Assembly (NCBI GenBank): GCA_000320545.1
Contig: ADNK01000279.1
Coordinates: 1 to 41,300 of the forward strand
DNA: 41,300 nucleotides
Source of the DNA: Bigelowiella natans CCMP2755
Taxonomy: Eukaryota > Protista > Cercozoa
Direction of reading: 5' to 3'
Every line of letters begins with the position of its first letter. Position 1 is the first letter of the stretch. The notes under the pieces were generated by a model. The model ran no database searches. It had not been told where the DNA came from and was given only the letters and a program-made list of their open reading frames with translations. This document shows, piece after piece, positions 1-11,902 of the stretch. The translations under genes and the position numbers were made by a program.

Positions 1-215
1 TGTTGGGGGGGGGGAGAATGAATCACTGAACAAATGGATGAATACGAATGGAAGGATCTTCAACGGGGAGGAGAAGGATGTGGAGGAGAGGATATTTAGC
101 GAAAGTCGTGAAGTATATAAGCACCATGATCATCATCATCATCATCATCATTCAATCAACGAGCAAGTGTTGTCGTTCGCTATCATCATCATCTTCTTCT
201 TCTTCTTCTTCTTCT

Positions 216-3200
216 TCATTTTCTTTTTCTTCTGTCACTGACCATTCCTTGCTTCTCCAACATCGCAAATACTTTGAAGGCGAGAACGCTCAGCCGAAGC
301 TGTTCCTCCTCAGCCGTCGTACCCACCAGCTGTTTCATCGAGATAGAAGACGACGATGGATGCTTATCACTACTAGTAGTACCGTCAGGAACAAGGCTCA
401 GCAGGAGCGCCAAAGTTAGATCATTAACTTTTGCGTCTCCTCCTCCTCCTCCTCCTCCTCCTCCTCCCGATGCATCATCATTTCTGACAGGATAAAAGGA
501 CACGGGAGTATCCATAATCTGTCTCAGAAGAGTCGTCTCACCACCGCTCACAACGACAGGAGGGAGAGGAGAAGAGGCGGCGGAAGGAGGGAGGGCCGCT
601 GTCTTCTTAGCGGGTTTCCCCGCCCCATCAGAGAGCTTCTTCCTCTTCTTATCGTTGGCGCATATGTTACTGCTATCATGTCCTTCCTTTATCGTTCCCG
701 GCAGCTGTACTCTCCCCCCCCCTCCTGAAACCCCTACTGCGTGGATAGGATGTGGCGGTGGGCGGTACTCTGCCAGTCGCTGAGCCACGGCCCATGCAAC
801 CTCGGAATCACTCGCAGGGTTTCTCGGCTGAACTCCTACTTCGACTATCGTGTCGGGCTCGAGGTCGAGCACACGCAGATCTACGCGCCCCTCGCAGCCC
901 TGGAGGAGCTCGTCGTCGGCTCCTCCTGCGCCCTCCCCATCGTGGATGAGCGCCCACATGTCGCGCACAAGCGACTCGAGGACAGCTCCGAGCGCGCCCC
1001 TCGACGCCGCGGCCTCCACTCTCTGGGAGTAGTTGCTGCATCCATAGACGGAGAGGCAAACTACGATAGCACCAGCAGAGACTATGGGGCACCAACGACG
1101 AGGAAGATACGAGCCCTCGAAGCTGAACAGCTGTGGCCATGCAGGCGTTAATGGCGCCCTCGCGCCTGATATGTTCTTCAGGTTGTATGAGTAGATCTTT
1201 GAGATAATGTTGTTCAGAACCAAGCTCCATGAAGGCGACGACGATGATGACGAGGAGGAGGAGACCCCGGGGCCGCGGAGACTTGGCGTGCTGCTCCTTA
1301 CAAAGCTGTTGCTGATAGATTGAGAGGAAAGGGCATGGGGGGTTGGCGCTGCTGCTGCGGCTGCTGGAGTAAGTGGGGCACTACCATGTAGCATTGAATG
1401 GGAGCGGCTGGTGTCGTTATGACGGAAATTCGTGTAAATCTTCCGAATCACACCGGCGTACTTCAGATGCTGCTCGTTCGGAACCGCGTCCATGGTCATC
1501 AATCCGTTGAAGTTCTCCCCGCTACGATCTCTGTCGCCCATCTGTAAGATGGTCTCGTAGTGCTCTCGGTACTGGACGATGTAATCGTCGGTGGAGATGC
1601 CGAGCTTGCTGGCCACGGGGTAAAGCGCGTGCATCATGCTTTGTTTATAAAAGATACTCTCCGGCATCCAGTCCGCACACTGCGCCAAAACCAGCCTCAT
1701 CGATAAAAACTTCACCAGGGCTTGCAGGGGCAGCTTGGATTTCACCCCCCCCTCGAGGTCGCCCCCTCCCAGCCTCGATACTCCACGCCCAGGCACCCCG
1801 CCAACGCCGATGGCCTCCTCGATGTGGTCTACGAGCTTGGTGACCTGCTCCTCTCTCACAGGACTGGGAACCACGTCGCTCAGAGCCGCGCCCAGCTGCT
1901 GTGCGTCGTCGCCAGGGTTGCGATCAAACTCCACATCCACCCCCGGCAGCGCGATGTACCAGCTCTGGAAGGTGTCACAGGAGACGACGTACTGACGGGC
2001 AGGGTCAATCTGCGCAAGGTATTCCTCTCGCTCGCTCAGCAAGAAGCCGCACGGCAGGTCGCACGAGGCGAAGTACCAGAATATGTTCCAAAACTGCCAG
2101 CGGTAGCCTGGCTCGAAGCGGAATTCGTCCAGGGGGTTCTGCTCAAACTCCTGCACGATGTTCTTCCGGTGTCTGCAGCACGCCTTGAAGCTTTGGTAGA
2201 GAATGCTCGGGTTCACCACCTTATGGCACTCCGCGGGGAGGAAAGGGTGCGTCTTGACGAGCAACATCGGCTGAATACCTGCTGATCCGCACGCAGGACA
2301 GTCAACATCGGGAAGGTTCCCCTTCTCTGCGTATGATGCCAGGATGTCCTCCCCAGTGAAGGCGTAGCTGCAGTTGTCGCACCGCGCGCACATTCGGATC
2401 CAAAGGGGAAGCTTCGACGGGCCCTTGCCCTTTGGCCTCCTTTGCTGCTGCTGCCGGTCACTGCTGGTGTTGCTCCTACTGCCACTGCTACTACTACTAC
2501 TGCTGCTAACAATCTTTTGCTCATGCAGATGCAGGCGGGAGTTGGATATCATGAGAGCGATTTGCTCGTAGAACTGACTGGGTAGCGACGGGTATAGCAT
2601 GATGGTGAGTCGAATCACCATCTGCAGCTCGTGCGGTACCTGGCAGTAGGCGCAGAAGAGCGCGAGCATCTTGAACGACTCCTCCCTCGGCTTCAAGGAC
2701 TCGCGGAGCATGCGTACGATGACTCCTAGCGCCACCATCAGCACCTGCTGCAGCTCGCTCATGACAATATCCTTCTTATCCGGATGATTTCTGTGCATGT
2801 ACACCCTTCTACGAATCCTGTCGGTTGCGGAGAGGAGGTACGTCTGGAACCACAGGTCGTATATGCACCCTAATGATGCCATCGCGAGAGCCTCCTCCAT
2901 TGCCACCGCCGTTTTAGTCGTTGTCCTCGTCGTGTTGGTTGGCGGTGCTAGGTGGCCCTTCTTACCACTGCTGCCTCCACTACCTCCACTGCTGCTGCTG
3001 CTGCTGCTGCTACCGCTGCTACTGCCTGCTGTGCCTTTGAAACGGGAGGATTTTCCAGAAGCATCCACAGATGCTCGCAACCTGTACAACTCGGTTTGGG
3101 CGAGGCGAGAGACGTCCTGCAAGCCGATGTTGATCATCTGGTTGTGCGTCTGGCGCATCTCACTCAGCCAGTGATCCAGGCCGTTCGGGTCGATCTCGTA

Positions 3201-6200
3201 GAAGCGGTTGCCCTCCATCAAGTGCCTTGGCCGTCGGCAAGGAAGAGACGAAGGGCGACTCGTTCCCACCACGCCCGATGAGGAGGAGGAGGACGGTGAT
3301 GAGGCGGAGGAATTGAAAAGCGCGGCAGACCGAGTAAGAAGTGCATCGTCGAGCTTTGGGAAAGCACTGAAGGTAGTAGGCGACCCTACTGTTGCCGACC
3401 GAGTGTGTCGTGTGATTTGAAGCTGCTGCTGCTGCTGATTATCATCAGCTGTCTTCCCTTCCTCTGCATCCTCTTCCTTCTCAACAACTTCATGCTGCTG
3501 CTGCTGCTGCTGCTGCTTCTGCTTCTGCCAGAGATTAAGTGTCTCCAGTACCTCTCTCCCACGGGACACAACCACCGTTTCTGTCCAGCATAGCTGCTCG
3601 CGAAAGCGGTTGATGTGCTGCATTGTCAACGACGACCCAAACTGGGCCTGAGGATAGTGGTGATGATGGAGACCGTGATTCGCTCCACTCGAGTACAGCA
3701 TCCGTGGCGATTTCTCTCGTGTGCTTGAGCGAGATCGGGTTCCACCGCCTCCGCCCCCTTTTCTGAGCAGCATTGGTGATAGAGAAGCTACTTCTCCGCC
3801 GCCTCCTCCTCTCCTCCTCCTCTCCTCCCAAGGTGACGTTGGTGCTCTCTTCTGAACATACTGCCATACAGTAATCTAGAAACACCAGTGAGATGCAACG
3901 CTTTGAGGCTCCATAGCACAAGTCACTAAAGTCGGGGGCGGAGCGCCAGTCAGCGAAGGTTCGGAATATTTGCGTTTCCACCAGCAAGTCATAGAAGCCC
4001 TTCCCCTCCGCGCCTCCTCCACCACCACCACTGTCAGCCACGAATCGCTTGAAGTCCATCGTGTTTTCAGCTGTGCAGTAATCTTGGTAGCGGTAGACGA
4101 TCTGAATATTGGCCTTCAGGAACGCCAACGTAGCAACATCGTCGAAGTAACGGTGCTCGCTGCCAACGCCCACATCGCGGTAGAGCAGCCCCTCGTCGAT
4201 ACTGCTAATGCTGCTGGTTCTGCTTTGGGCCTTCTCCTTCTTCTTGCTCTTCTTCTTATTCTTCGTCTTCTTATCTTGAAAGAATTTTTTTTCCAGAACC
4301 TCGAGTTGAGAGAGCAGCGGTTGGCGGATGCGAGCTGGCAGCTCTGGGGCAGGGGGGCCGGCTCCTGGTAGGCTCCCGTCGGCCGGGTCACGAGGGCTGC
4401 GATTGGCGTGTTCCTGAACGAGGTTGTTGTCCAGATCTACCAGCTCAAACTTGCCCTTCTCCTCCTCCGGGAGGATGAAGCGGTTGAAGAATGAGCTCTG
4501 CACCCCGATGACAAACGGCCACCCGCACATCAGGAAGTTGGCGAACTGGGCCTCCGCCGGCAGCAGGGGGATCCAGATGCGGTGCCACTCGAATGGGAAG
4601 AGGAGGCAGCGGTATGCCTCGGCCACGGTGTTGAGCAGGGAGAGGTCCTTCGAGATGAGCAAGATTTGCGACTCCGCCAGAATCATTTCGTACACGCGGA
4701 CCACGTTCTTGGCGTCCAAACATCGGAACAGCGGCGCGGCTATGTTCATTCCTTCCTGCGACATAAACACTGGAGGGGGCTTTGAGAACAGGATGGGGTT
4801 GAGCGAGCTCCCGATGTTAAACTCCACCTTAAGTACACCGGGTACGGGGTCTGGAAGCGCGTTGAAGAATTGATAAATCCATGACTCAATGGGGACGACC
4901 GCCGCAGTCTGCTGCTGCCCCTGCTGCGGAGTCATGGCCACGTTGTATAAATGGTAGAGGAAGCGCTGCATCCCCACGTAGTAGGGCTCTTGCGCAATAA
5001 GGACCAGGCACTTCGGACACCACACCCGATCGCTTGGCTTTGAGTGGTATTTTATTGCGGTTGAGTGGCGGGGGGGGGGCAGCGGCGCCTGCTGCATGCT
5101 TTGAGTTGCCGCCCCGAATTCCTCGAATATCGTCATCGCTGAGCCGTAGAAGACGCGCCTCTCAGCACCGAGGGAGAAGGAGAAGTTGTGGAAGAAGTAT
5201 CCGTGGGGCATGGGCCTGAACTGTGTGAGGTGGATGCCGTTGGGGAAGCAGTAGGGGGAGAAGGCCTTCTCCGAGAACTCACGAGGGTAATCCGAGTAGT
5301 CGTACCGCGGATATCGGTCGAGTAGCTGCGGATCATAGCACTGATCTTGGTCGTCGCCGTATCGAATGCAGAGGCTGAACTTTGAGTTCAAATACCCTGT
5401 CTTTTGCAAGGGAGGCTCCAACCGCTGATAGCCCGTGGGGACACTGTCGCGCGAGCGTACGATTCCAAGCGCGACGACGGGCTTCTTCGTCTTCGTGCGG
5501 CTGAAGCGCAACTTGTTCTGTGCATTTTTCCCCAGGCTGGCGATTTCTCTCGAATCCGAGGCGCGCACGTCTTTCGAGACGACCTCCAGGTTGCACAAAG
5601 GCCCGCCTGCAGCGCTATACTTCGTGGCGAAAGACATGTAGATGTAGCCGGTTCCTACCCAGCCGTCCTCTGATGGAAGGGGGGAAGGGGAGAGGGGGGG
5701 GGGGAGGGGGGCAAGAAGACAATGATCGACACAGCAAAATATAAATTGCTACGATGCTCATCTCGGGGGATTCACTACTTACTACAACAGAAGCAGCAAG
5801 CAGTAGCAGCAGCAGCCACAGTAGGAGTAGAAGTAGAAGTAGTAGTAGTATTATGGAAATAGTTCCCTCACCAAAAAGATATTATATCATCATCATTATC
5901 ATCATCATCATTATCATCATCATCATCATCATCATCATGTGACATGTACCAACAAACAACTCACTTTGGCCACGGCGTCTGGAAGGGTTATTCTGCAAAT
6001 GAGGCACAGGAATGTGCATGTCTGTAGGAGGGTCGGCATCCAAGGAGAACCGAATGTCGCTCACGGCCGTCACCTGAGATACAAAACATCATAGCTTTCA
6101 CTCGAAGATGCCTTCGGGGTTTGGCGTGTATTCTGGCTGTGGTGGTGTAGCCTTCACACACGATAATAATGCATGCATGCTTTTACTGTTGTCGTTGTTG

Positions 6201-9200
6201 CTGTGTTTATTAAGTTGGAAAGGGGAGACGAAGGAGAGACATAATCAGCACAAAACTGCACCAGTCTGATGCCTTCGTCGCTGAAGTCTTGCTGTTTTGG
6301 CTCAGGTCGTTTGCAGCTCTCCATCGACTCCTTTTCGAGACCTAGCACGTAGAAATAGTCCACTGCGCGCTCGCTTCTCGCCTTATTGATCTTTATCGCC
6401 TTCTTCTTCCTCATCGCCCCCCCAGCCACAACTAGGTCAAAGTGTGATTCAAAGCGCACGAGGAGCTTCTTCAGGGAAATCTTATCGTCGCGAAGAAGCC
6501 GGCCCTGGAACGACAGTCTTAAGTTCTTTCGATGCACATTTGCGTATTCGTCTAGTTTCAGGATGCGTGCTTTTAGCTCTGAGACCGTTATGTGAAGGCC
6601 TTCGATCGTCAGTTCATGAGTAGTGTTGGCAGTGGTGGCCGTTGCAAGCTGCTCTTTGATGAATACGAGCGGCTTTAGTTTGGCAAGTTGTATGATGGAG
6701 TCCGTCCCTATTTTGCACTCGCTGAGGCTTTTCCGGTCGTCATCAAGCCATCGGATCATGTTGTCGTTGTTGTTGTTGCCATTATCTTTTTCCAGCTTCT
6801 GCAGCACACCTAATCGTTGCCTGTCTACGGGGAATCCGATGGTATTCTGTTCGCTTATAATCCCCTTGAGGTACCGAACGCTCACTTTCGAGCCCTTTTT
6901 TTTCCCAAGCTTCACCTGGACTTGCGCTCCCGTTTCCATGGAATGGACAGTGACTATCACCTCTACAGGCCGAACGTACTTGGACCGCCGCTTCACCTCC
7001 TTTTTCATGGATCTCCCCGCTTTGCTGTAGTGCACGATCAGCCACTCCCCTTGATCGTCCCACTTGATATCATTGATTTCGCCGTTGAACCATCTCCGGG
7101 ATCCGACCGAGTATATCTCCACTTTGTCTCCTTTCTTCCATGACTTGCGGATGGCGGCGCCCAGGTTCTTTCCGACACTACTTGTCGTTGTAGGACTCTT
7201 CGTCGTTATCTTGCCCCTGCTTGTTCTGCCGCTGCTGCTGCTCCCGCGGCTAACCCTGCGGCTTGAATGCTTCAACATTGGCGCCCCTGCTGTTTGGGCA
7301 ACTTGTTCTTTTTGAACAGCTTTTATTTGGGCAGGAGTCTCGTCATCACTAGATGTTCCGCTTGTGTACACATCGTCGCTAGAATCCTTATTTTGGGCAA
7401 CACTTCGCAGATGCGCCTCCATTGCTGCTATGGCACTCTCGGTCGGCTTTATCATGGCGAGGTCTTTCCGGCTGATCTCCTTGCTATACTTATCGTACAT
7501 GACCTGCAGCCACTCTCCAACATCATCCCTGTACACCCGGTTAATGGAAGCACGAAACCATTGGTTTTTGGTATTGGAGAACACCAGCACCACGTCTCCC
7601 ATCTTCCACGAGCGCCGAATCTGGGCATCAACCTCCTCGGGGGATGGATAGTTGCCCGATTGCCCTGACCGTACCTTCGGTATTGGCCTGATGGCTTCGG
7701 TATCTTCCACGGCTACATCCTTCTTTAACAGCCCCTGATGGAAACGAGCCTCCACCCATCTACGGCCAGACTCTATGAAAATCCTGAAGATCTCTGCTCG
7801 CATCCATTGATTCTTGCTGAACGAAAACACTTCCACCTTGTCCCCTACCTTCCACGCTTCGCGGATGGCCCGATCGGGGATGTCCTCTCTACACAATGGA
7901 GAAGTTACAGAGCTGGAAGAAGTGGACTTATCGTCATCATCGTCACTAGTATCACCCAACGAAAATTGCACAGGCGTCTCGGAGGGTAAGTAGTTGCCTA
8001 ATGCTACTTTTGAATGATGGTGAGGTGATGATCCCGGACTACCACGACGACGGGCATTATGTGAAACACGGTCATGTATACTGGTCTGAGTGGTCCTCCC
8101 CTGTCCACCCCCCCTCCGCCGTTGATAATCCGTACGGTGCTGAAAATTTCGGATGGTAACTCGGTCGCCTTTACCGAGGGTGATGGCAGGGTATATAGAT
8201 CTCTGGAGCATCTCTGCTGGCAATTCGTGGGCTAATCCTAAGCTGGTGTTGTTCTTAGTGCATTCGATCTCCCCACTGCTCGTATCAACCACGATTCCGA
8301 TCACATCCCCCTCTCCATACACGTCTCCATAAGGAAGGCGGCGGCCTCCCCCCAGATTCGTCCAACTGTTACAGTGGTAGGACCAGGTGCCTTTGGATGC
8401 TCCCAGAGCTTTCTCGGGATCCCACGCGTCTTTCGTCGAGACTCCAATGCACATCTTACCTTTTAGATCTCCCATCGTATCTATCCGCACCTCCCACGAG
8501 TATACCCCGCTGGCCAATGCCGTGTTTGCGAGTACACCACAATTGCTGGCAAAACTGGAAACTGTGCGTACGGGGTGGCCCTCGAGGACCACGTTAGGGG
8601 CCTTCGTGTTCGGGTCCCAAGCGATAGTTTGCGCAGAGGGAGGGGCGAAAGTAAACTTCATGAGGCGTTGAATCATTTCATTCTCGTTTTGGTTTCGCCC
8701 AGAGCGCCGCTTCGAGTGGGAGTCGAAATCCATTGTCCGGTAAGTGTAGGTTCCGGCAGAATGACCGATACGCGAGGTCGGTCTCTTCTTTGTCCGCTTA
8801 CCTCCCTGGTGGCGCGGAAGGTCTAATAGTGTTGTAGCAGCTCTGCCACTCGCAGCAACTCGTCTTGCTTGACGAATCTTGTAAGCGTCATCTGGATTAC
8901 TACGCGTACCTTCCTGTTCTCTCGAGTAGTATATCTCAATAGCAGCCTTTCCATCAACTTCGAGAGGTAGGAATAAAAAATCGCTTGTTCGAATCCAATT
9001 GTGAGATACAGAAGCTCCCTCAATGATATCCCCTGCACTTAATATCGGATCGCCCTCACTCCTGTTCATAACAGTCAGCAGGTTATCCAAACACTGGAGC
9101 GCACATAATTTTTGGGAGGAAAACAGGGAGATTATACCTTGCGTCCAAACTCGGTTTATATCGAAGATAAAGGTTAGGGACCAACACCTTGTACTTGACA

Positions 9201-9323
9201 AACTCCAAATCCTGTTAGTATTGAGTGGGTGTATCATCGATGACAACATTGGGAGCAGCAGCCATGAGAACTAGATTTTCTGCATCTTACCTTGGATTCT
9301 GATTTCGCACCTCCATGTTGCAT
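216..9323 (-). CDS. Giant DENND4-like Rab GEF fusion (SH3b-like, SPRY, 3 Tudor/Agenet-like repeats, 2 ubiquitin-like, MABP, uDENN/DENN/dDENN, DENND4-type C-terminal Cys motif); about 2800 aa, probably continuing past the left edge
   Basis: Phase-compatible GT-AG model: exons 9323-9291, 9211-9138, 9061-6262, 6073-5965, 5669-216, joining ORFs 6154..9249, 3535..5637 and 216..3773. It needs 2 extra G in the (GGA)n tract near 3800-3830. DENND4 hallmarks: 'VDYFYVLGL', 'YDPQLLDRYP..DY', 'FCFP'-like 'YCFPNG', 'LLFPFEW..WIPLLP', 'PFVIGV', 'LVDLDNN', 'FWNIFWYF..DLP'. A good donor (ATG|gtcagt at 242) and a pyrimidine tract ending 'aaca' at position 1 suggest a further intron and exon outside the window. 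Confidence 0.8.
3870..5340 (-). other. Tripartite DENN module (uDENN-DENN-dDENN)
   Basis: Motifs in ORF 3535..5637: LLDRYP, YCFPNG, YGSAMTIFE, PKCLVLI, LFRCLD, ESQILLIS, LLFPFEW, PFVIGV, LVETQIFRTF. Confidence 0.9.
6418..6965 (-). other. Two tandem ubiquitin-like domains
   Basis: 'VSVRYLKGII...FPVDRQRL...LDDDRKSLSECKIGTDSIIQL' and 'TVSELKARIL...NLRLSFQGRLLRDDKISLKKL...FDLVVAGG' follow the beta-grasp/ubiquitin consensus. Confidence 0.75.
6965..7870 (-). repeat. Three Tudor/Agenet-like protein repeats (IR.sWK.GD.V.vfS....W....I........W....Y/F)
   Basis: IREAWKVGDKVEVFSFSKNQW, IRRSWKMGDVVLVFSNTKNQW and IRKSWKKGDKVEIYSVGSRRW in ORF 6154..9249. Confidence 0.8.
8145..8620 (-). other. SPRY/B30.2 domain
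   Basis: GVYSWEVRI...MCIGV...GTWSY...YGDVYGEGDVIGIVVDTSSGEIECTKNNTSLG...IYPAITL is the classic SPRY pattern; boundaries approximate. Confidence 0.9.
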
Positions 9324-10231
9324 CGTTTTGTTGCAGCGGGAGATTGAGGCTTCTCCTCACTTAGATACCATTAATGTTAGGAAGGGGGAATAGCAAGCTC
9401 AGTTGTAGTCTTCGTTTTTTTTTTTGGGCATCCGCGACATCTACGAAAGAAGAACGAAGGGACATAGGGGGGGAATTGCGCGGAAAAATGGTAATGGTTG
9501 CGTATAAAGTGTTCAACTGACCTGCAACTAACAGATTTGGGGCCGCAACTTCTTAGAACCACTACTAATTGGATTACCGCCACCGTGGGGGTGGCACGGA
9601 TTCTCTTTCGGATGTTCAGGTGCAAGAAAATCTCGAGGAATTCTCGTAAATCCATTATTAATCGACATAATATCTAAATAAATTCCAACGAAAGAAGAAC
9701 ATCACCCGGATCGTTTAGCATTCCTATGTGTTCAGTTGCTGCCCCCAGAAATACCCTTTTTTAACCGTGAAACTTCTTAGGAAAATCTCTTTGTTCACAT
9801 GGTAGTCGCCGGGGTAATTGAACGTAAAAGCTGGCGTTTTGAATACTACGATAACACATCTAGGATTGTCGCTGGTTGTAAACCACAGTACAGCTAAACC
9901 AGATTTGGAGTTTCCTCAATAATACGAAAAATTAATTACTTTTTGGATTCCGTAGCTACGACAAGCTGTTTCCCAGCGAGCCTTCTGAAGTCACGAAGAC
10001 GACGACGTGGCAAGGGGCGATCAGGCAACTCCTTCCTCGTCCCTCTCCCTCCCTTCCCCCCGCTGTCTCTTATCTATCGTTGACCCACCTGCATACCATG
10101 GGGATATGCTGTGACAAGCAGTGTCATCTCCTCAAATTCTATTCTCTCTCAAATTGCTCGATATCAGAAGCTCATTGCGTCGCCTATCTCTTGCTACACT
10201 TCCGTCGCCCACCTTAATAAACGGGAACGCG

Positions 10232-11573
10232 ATGGTCGCGGCAAATCTTCATTTTAAGGTGCAGGTTTCCAAGAGCATTGCATTTGTATTATCAGTTTTT
10301 AATTGACACAAACAATAGGTTCTTGTCGCGCTGCTGTGCCTCACCTGTAAGTTTCTCAGTTTGTTATTGGAGGGATGTCCATCATTTCATGTATTGATTT
10401 TGTAGATCATGGCGCATTCGGTGTATACAGAGCTCCTACGAGGACACGATGCTCCTCCACAAATTCCCACATCCTTACACGAAGAACGCAGCTCCGTCGA
10501 ACGGTTCTGCCAATGAAAACGCTGCACGAAATAAAACTCATACTCGTGCCATCTATGAATCATATAGCTTCTTGCTGGGACTGGAATGCTATTTGCTCCG
10601 GAAACCTTTGCGGTAGGCTGTCAGGATTTTGGATATTTGATTTAACTGTGAGATCGATAAAATTTTACATATCGATTCAGGTTGAACAACGCCAGCAGCA
10701 GCAGCAGCAGCAGAAGCTCGACCCAAGGTTGGTTGTTTTCATTTTATTTATGATAAAAAAAACTCAGAGTCCTGGAAAAAATACATCGACGGAAGTTCTG
10801 AGACTTTAATCGACGCTAGGTATGCTCCAGGACGGACCATGATAAGCACGAAGGAGGGGCTAGCTTTGAACAGTGATGTCAAAGATCAAGTGGTCGTAAT
10901 AGTAGTACAGAAGTAGCAGAAGTAGTAGTAGTAGTAGTAGTAGTAGTTGTTGTTGTTGCCGTATTAGAGGTAGCAGATGAAACAGTAAACTGATTTACCA
11001 TCGACACTAGAAGAGTGGTTCTAAATTCCCTGTTCTTGACGTTTCCCTGGCAGATTGAGCGGATTCTGGGTGCAGAGAAAATCCTCATTCTGATAGGTAG
11101 CTTAGTCGCCGAGAAGAGGTTCTCTGAAGCGGGGGTGAAAGCTAAGGTGACGAGGACCCAATGTTTCTAAATTTTCGTTGTCTTAATATTTCGCCATAAT
11201 TTTGGGAAGGCATTGAAGAAAGACATGGAGAAGGATATGGACACCCTCTCTGATCTCGCCGATGCGAAGATGGTGTGAGAACAACCTTAAATCTTTACAC
11301 CCATTGGAAGTCTGATAGACCATCTGAACTTATATGAGCGTCGCTTCGCACAACTCTATAAGGCCCTTGTGGCTCGAGACATTCGATGCGTTAATTTTGC
11401 ACAATGATAAGGTTCAAATGGAAAAGCAATACATTGAGAAGGCGGGATCTGCATTCTTTAATGCCTTTGAAGACTTGGAATTTTCAATAGCGAGGGAGGA
11501 TGCAGTAGGAGCAGCCTTGGCACAGCTGCGGGCAGTGGCATTGTACAAGAAAGCAATAGTTGGCCTTGCGTAG
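10232..11573 (+). CDS. PsbQ-like thylakoid lumen protein with tripartite targeting leader (multi-exon)
   Basis: Spliced: MVAANLHFK|VLVALLCLT|YHGAFG...TRRTQLRRT|LLAGTGMLFAPETFA|VEQRQQQ...; C-terminal exons IERILGAEKILILIGSLVAEKRF..., ALKKDMEKDMDTL..., AFFNAFEDLEFSIAREDAVGAALAQLRAVALYKKAI resemble the PsbQ four-helix bundle. The reading frame near 10770-10800 is unresolved. Confidence 0.55.
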
Positions 11574-11902
11574 AAGGAAGGAAAAAATATCGTACTAATA
11601 AGCCAGTGGTTGCGCCAACGCGTCACACTTCAGGGTCCCCGCATCAGCAATACAGTGGTTTTATCAGCAACAGCTTCATCATTTTGAGCAAGCCTCGTGC
11701 TCTGTTATCTAACAATTCAAATTATAAGGCATGTACGATATATTCTTAACACTAGAGATCCGCATCAAGTGGACGTATCCACGTGCTTCCCATGACATCG
11801 TCATCGGAACACACACAGCATGCTATTTGTATCATTCTAAATGTGAAATCGCGACTATTTTGCCTTAGTCAATGTCTATCTAGAGCATATACTGTGTCTA
11901 TT

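Noticed and set aside
3535-3773. Overlap of ORFs 3535..5637 and 216..3773 as two genes or a programmed frameshift
   Set aside because: No slippery heptamer or stimulator was recognised; two missing G in a (GGA)n tract explain the overlap more simply.
6074-6275. GC-AG intron plus a 28-nt mini-intron model for the MABP region
   Set aside because: A single canonical GT-AG intron (6074-6261) already joins the exons in phase.
38-9274. Numerous + strand ORFs over the DENN gene
   Set aside because: Antisense shadows of GC-rich coding sequence and triplet repeats; no domain motifs.
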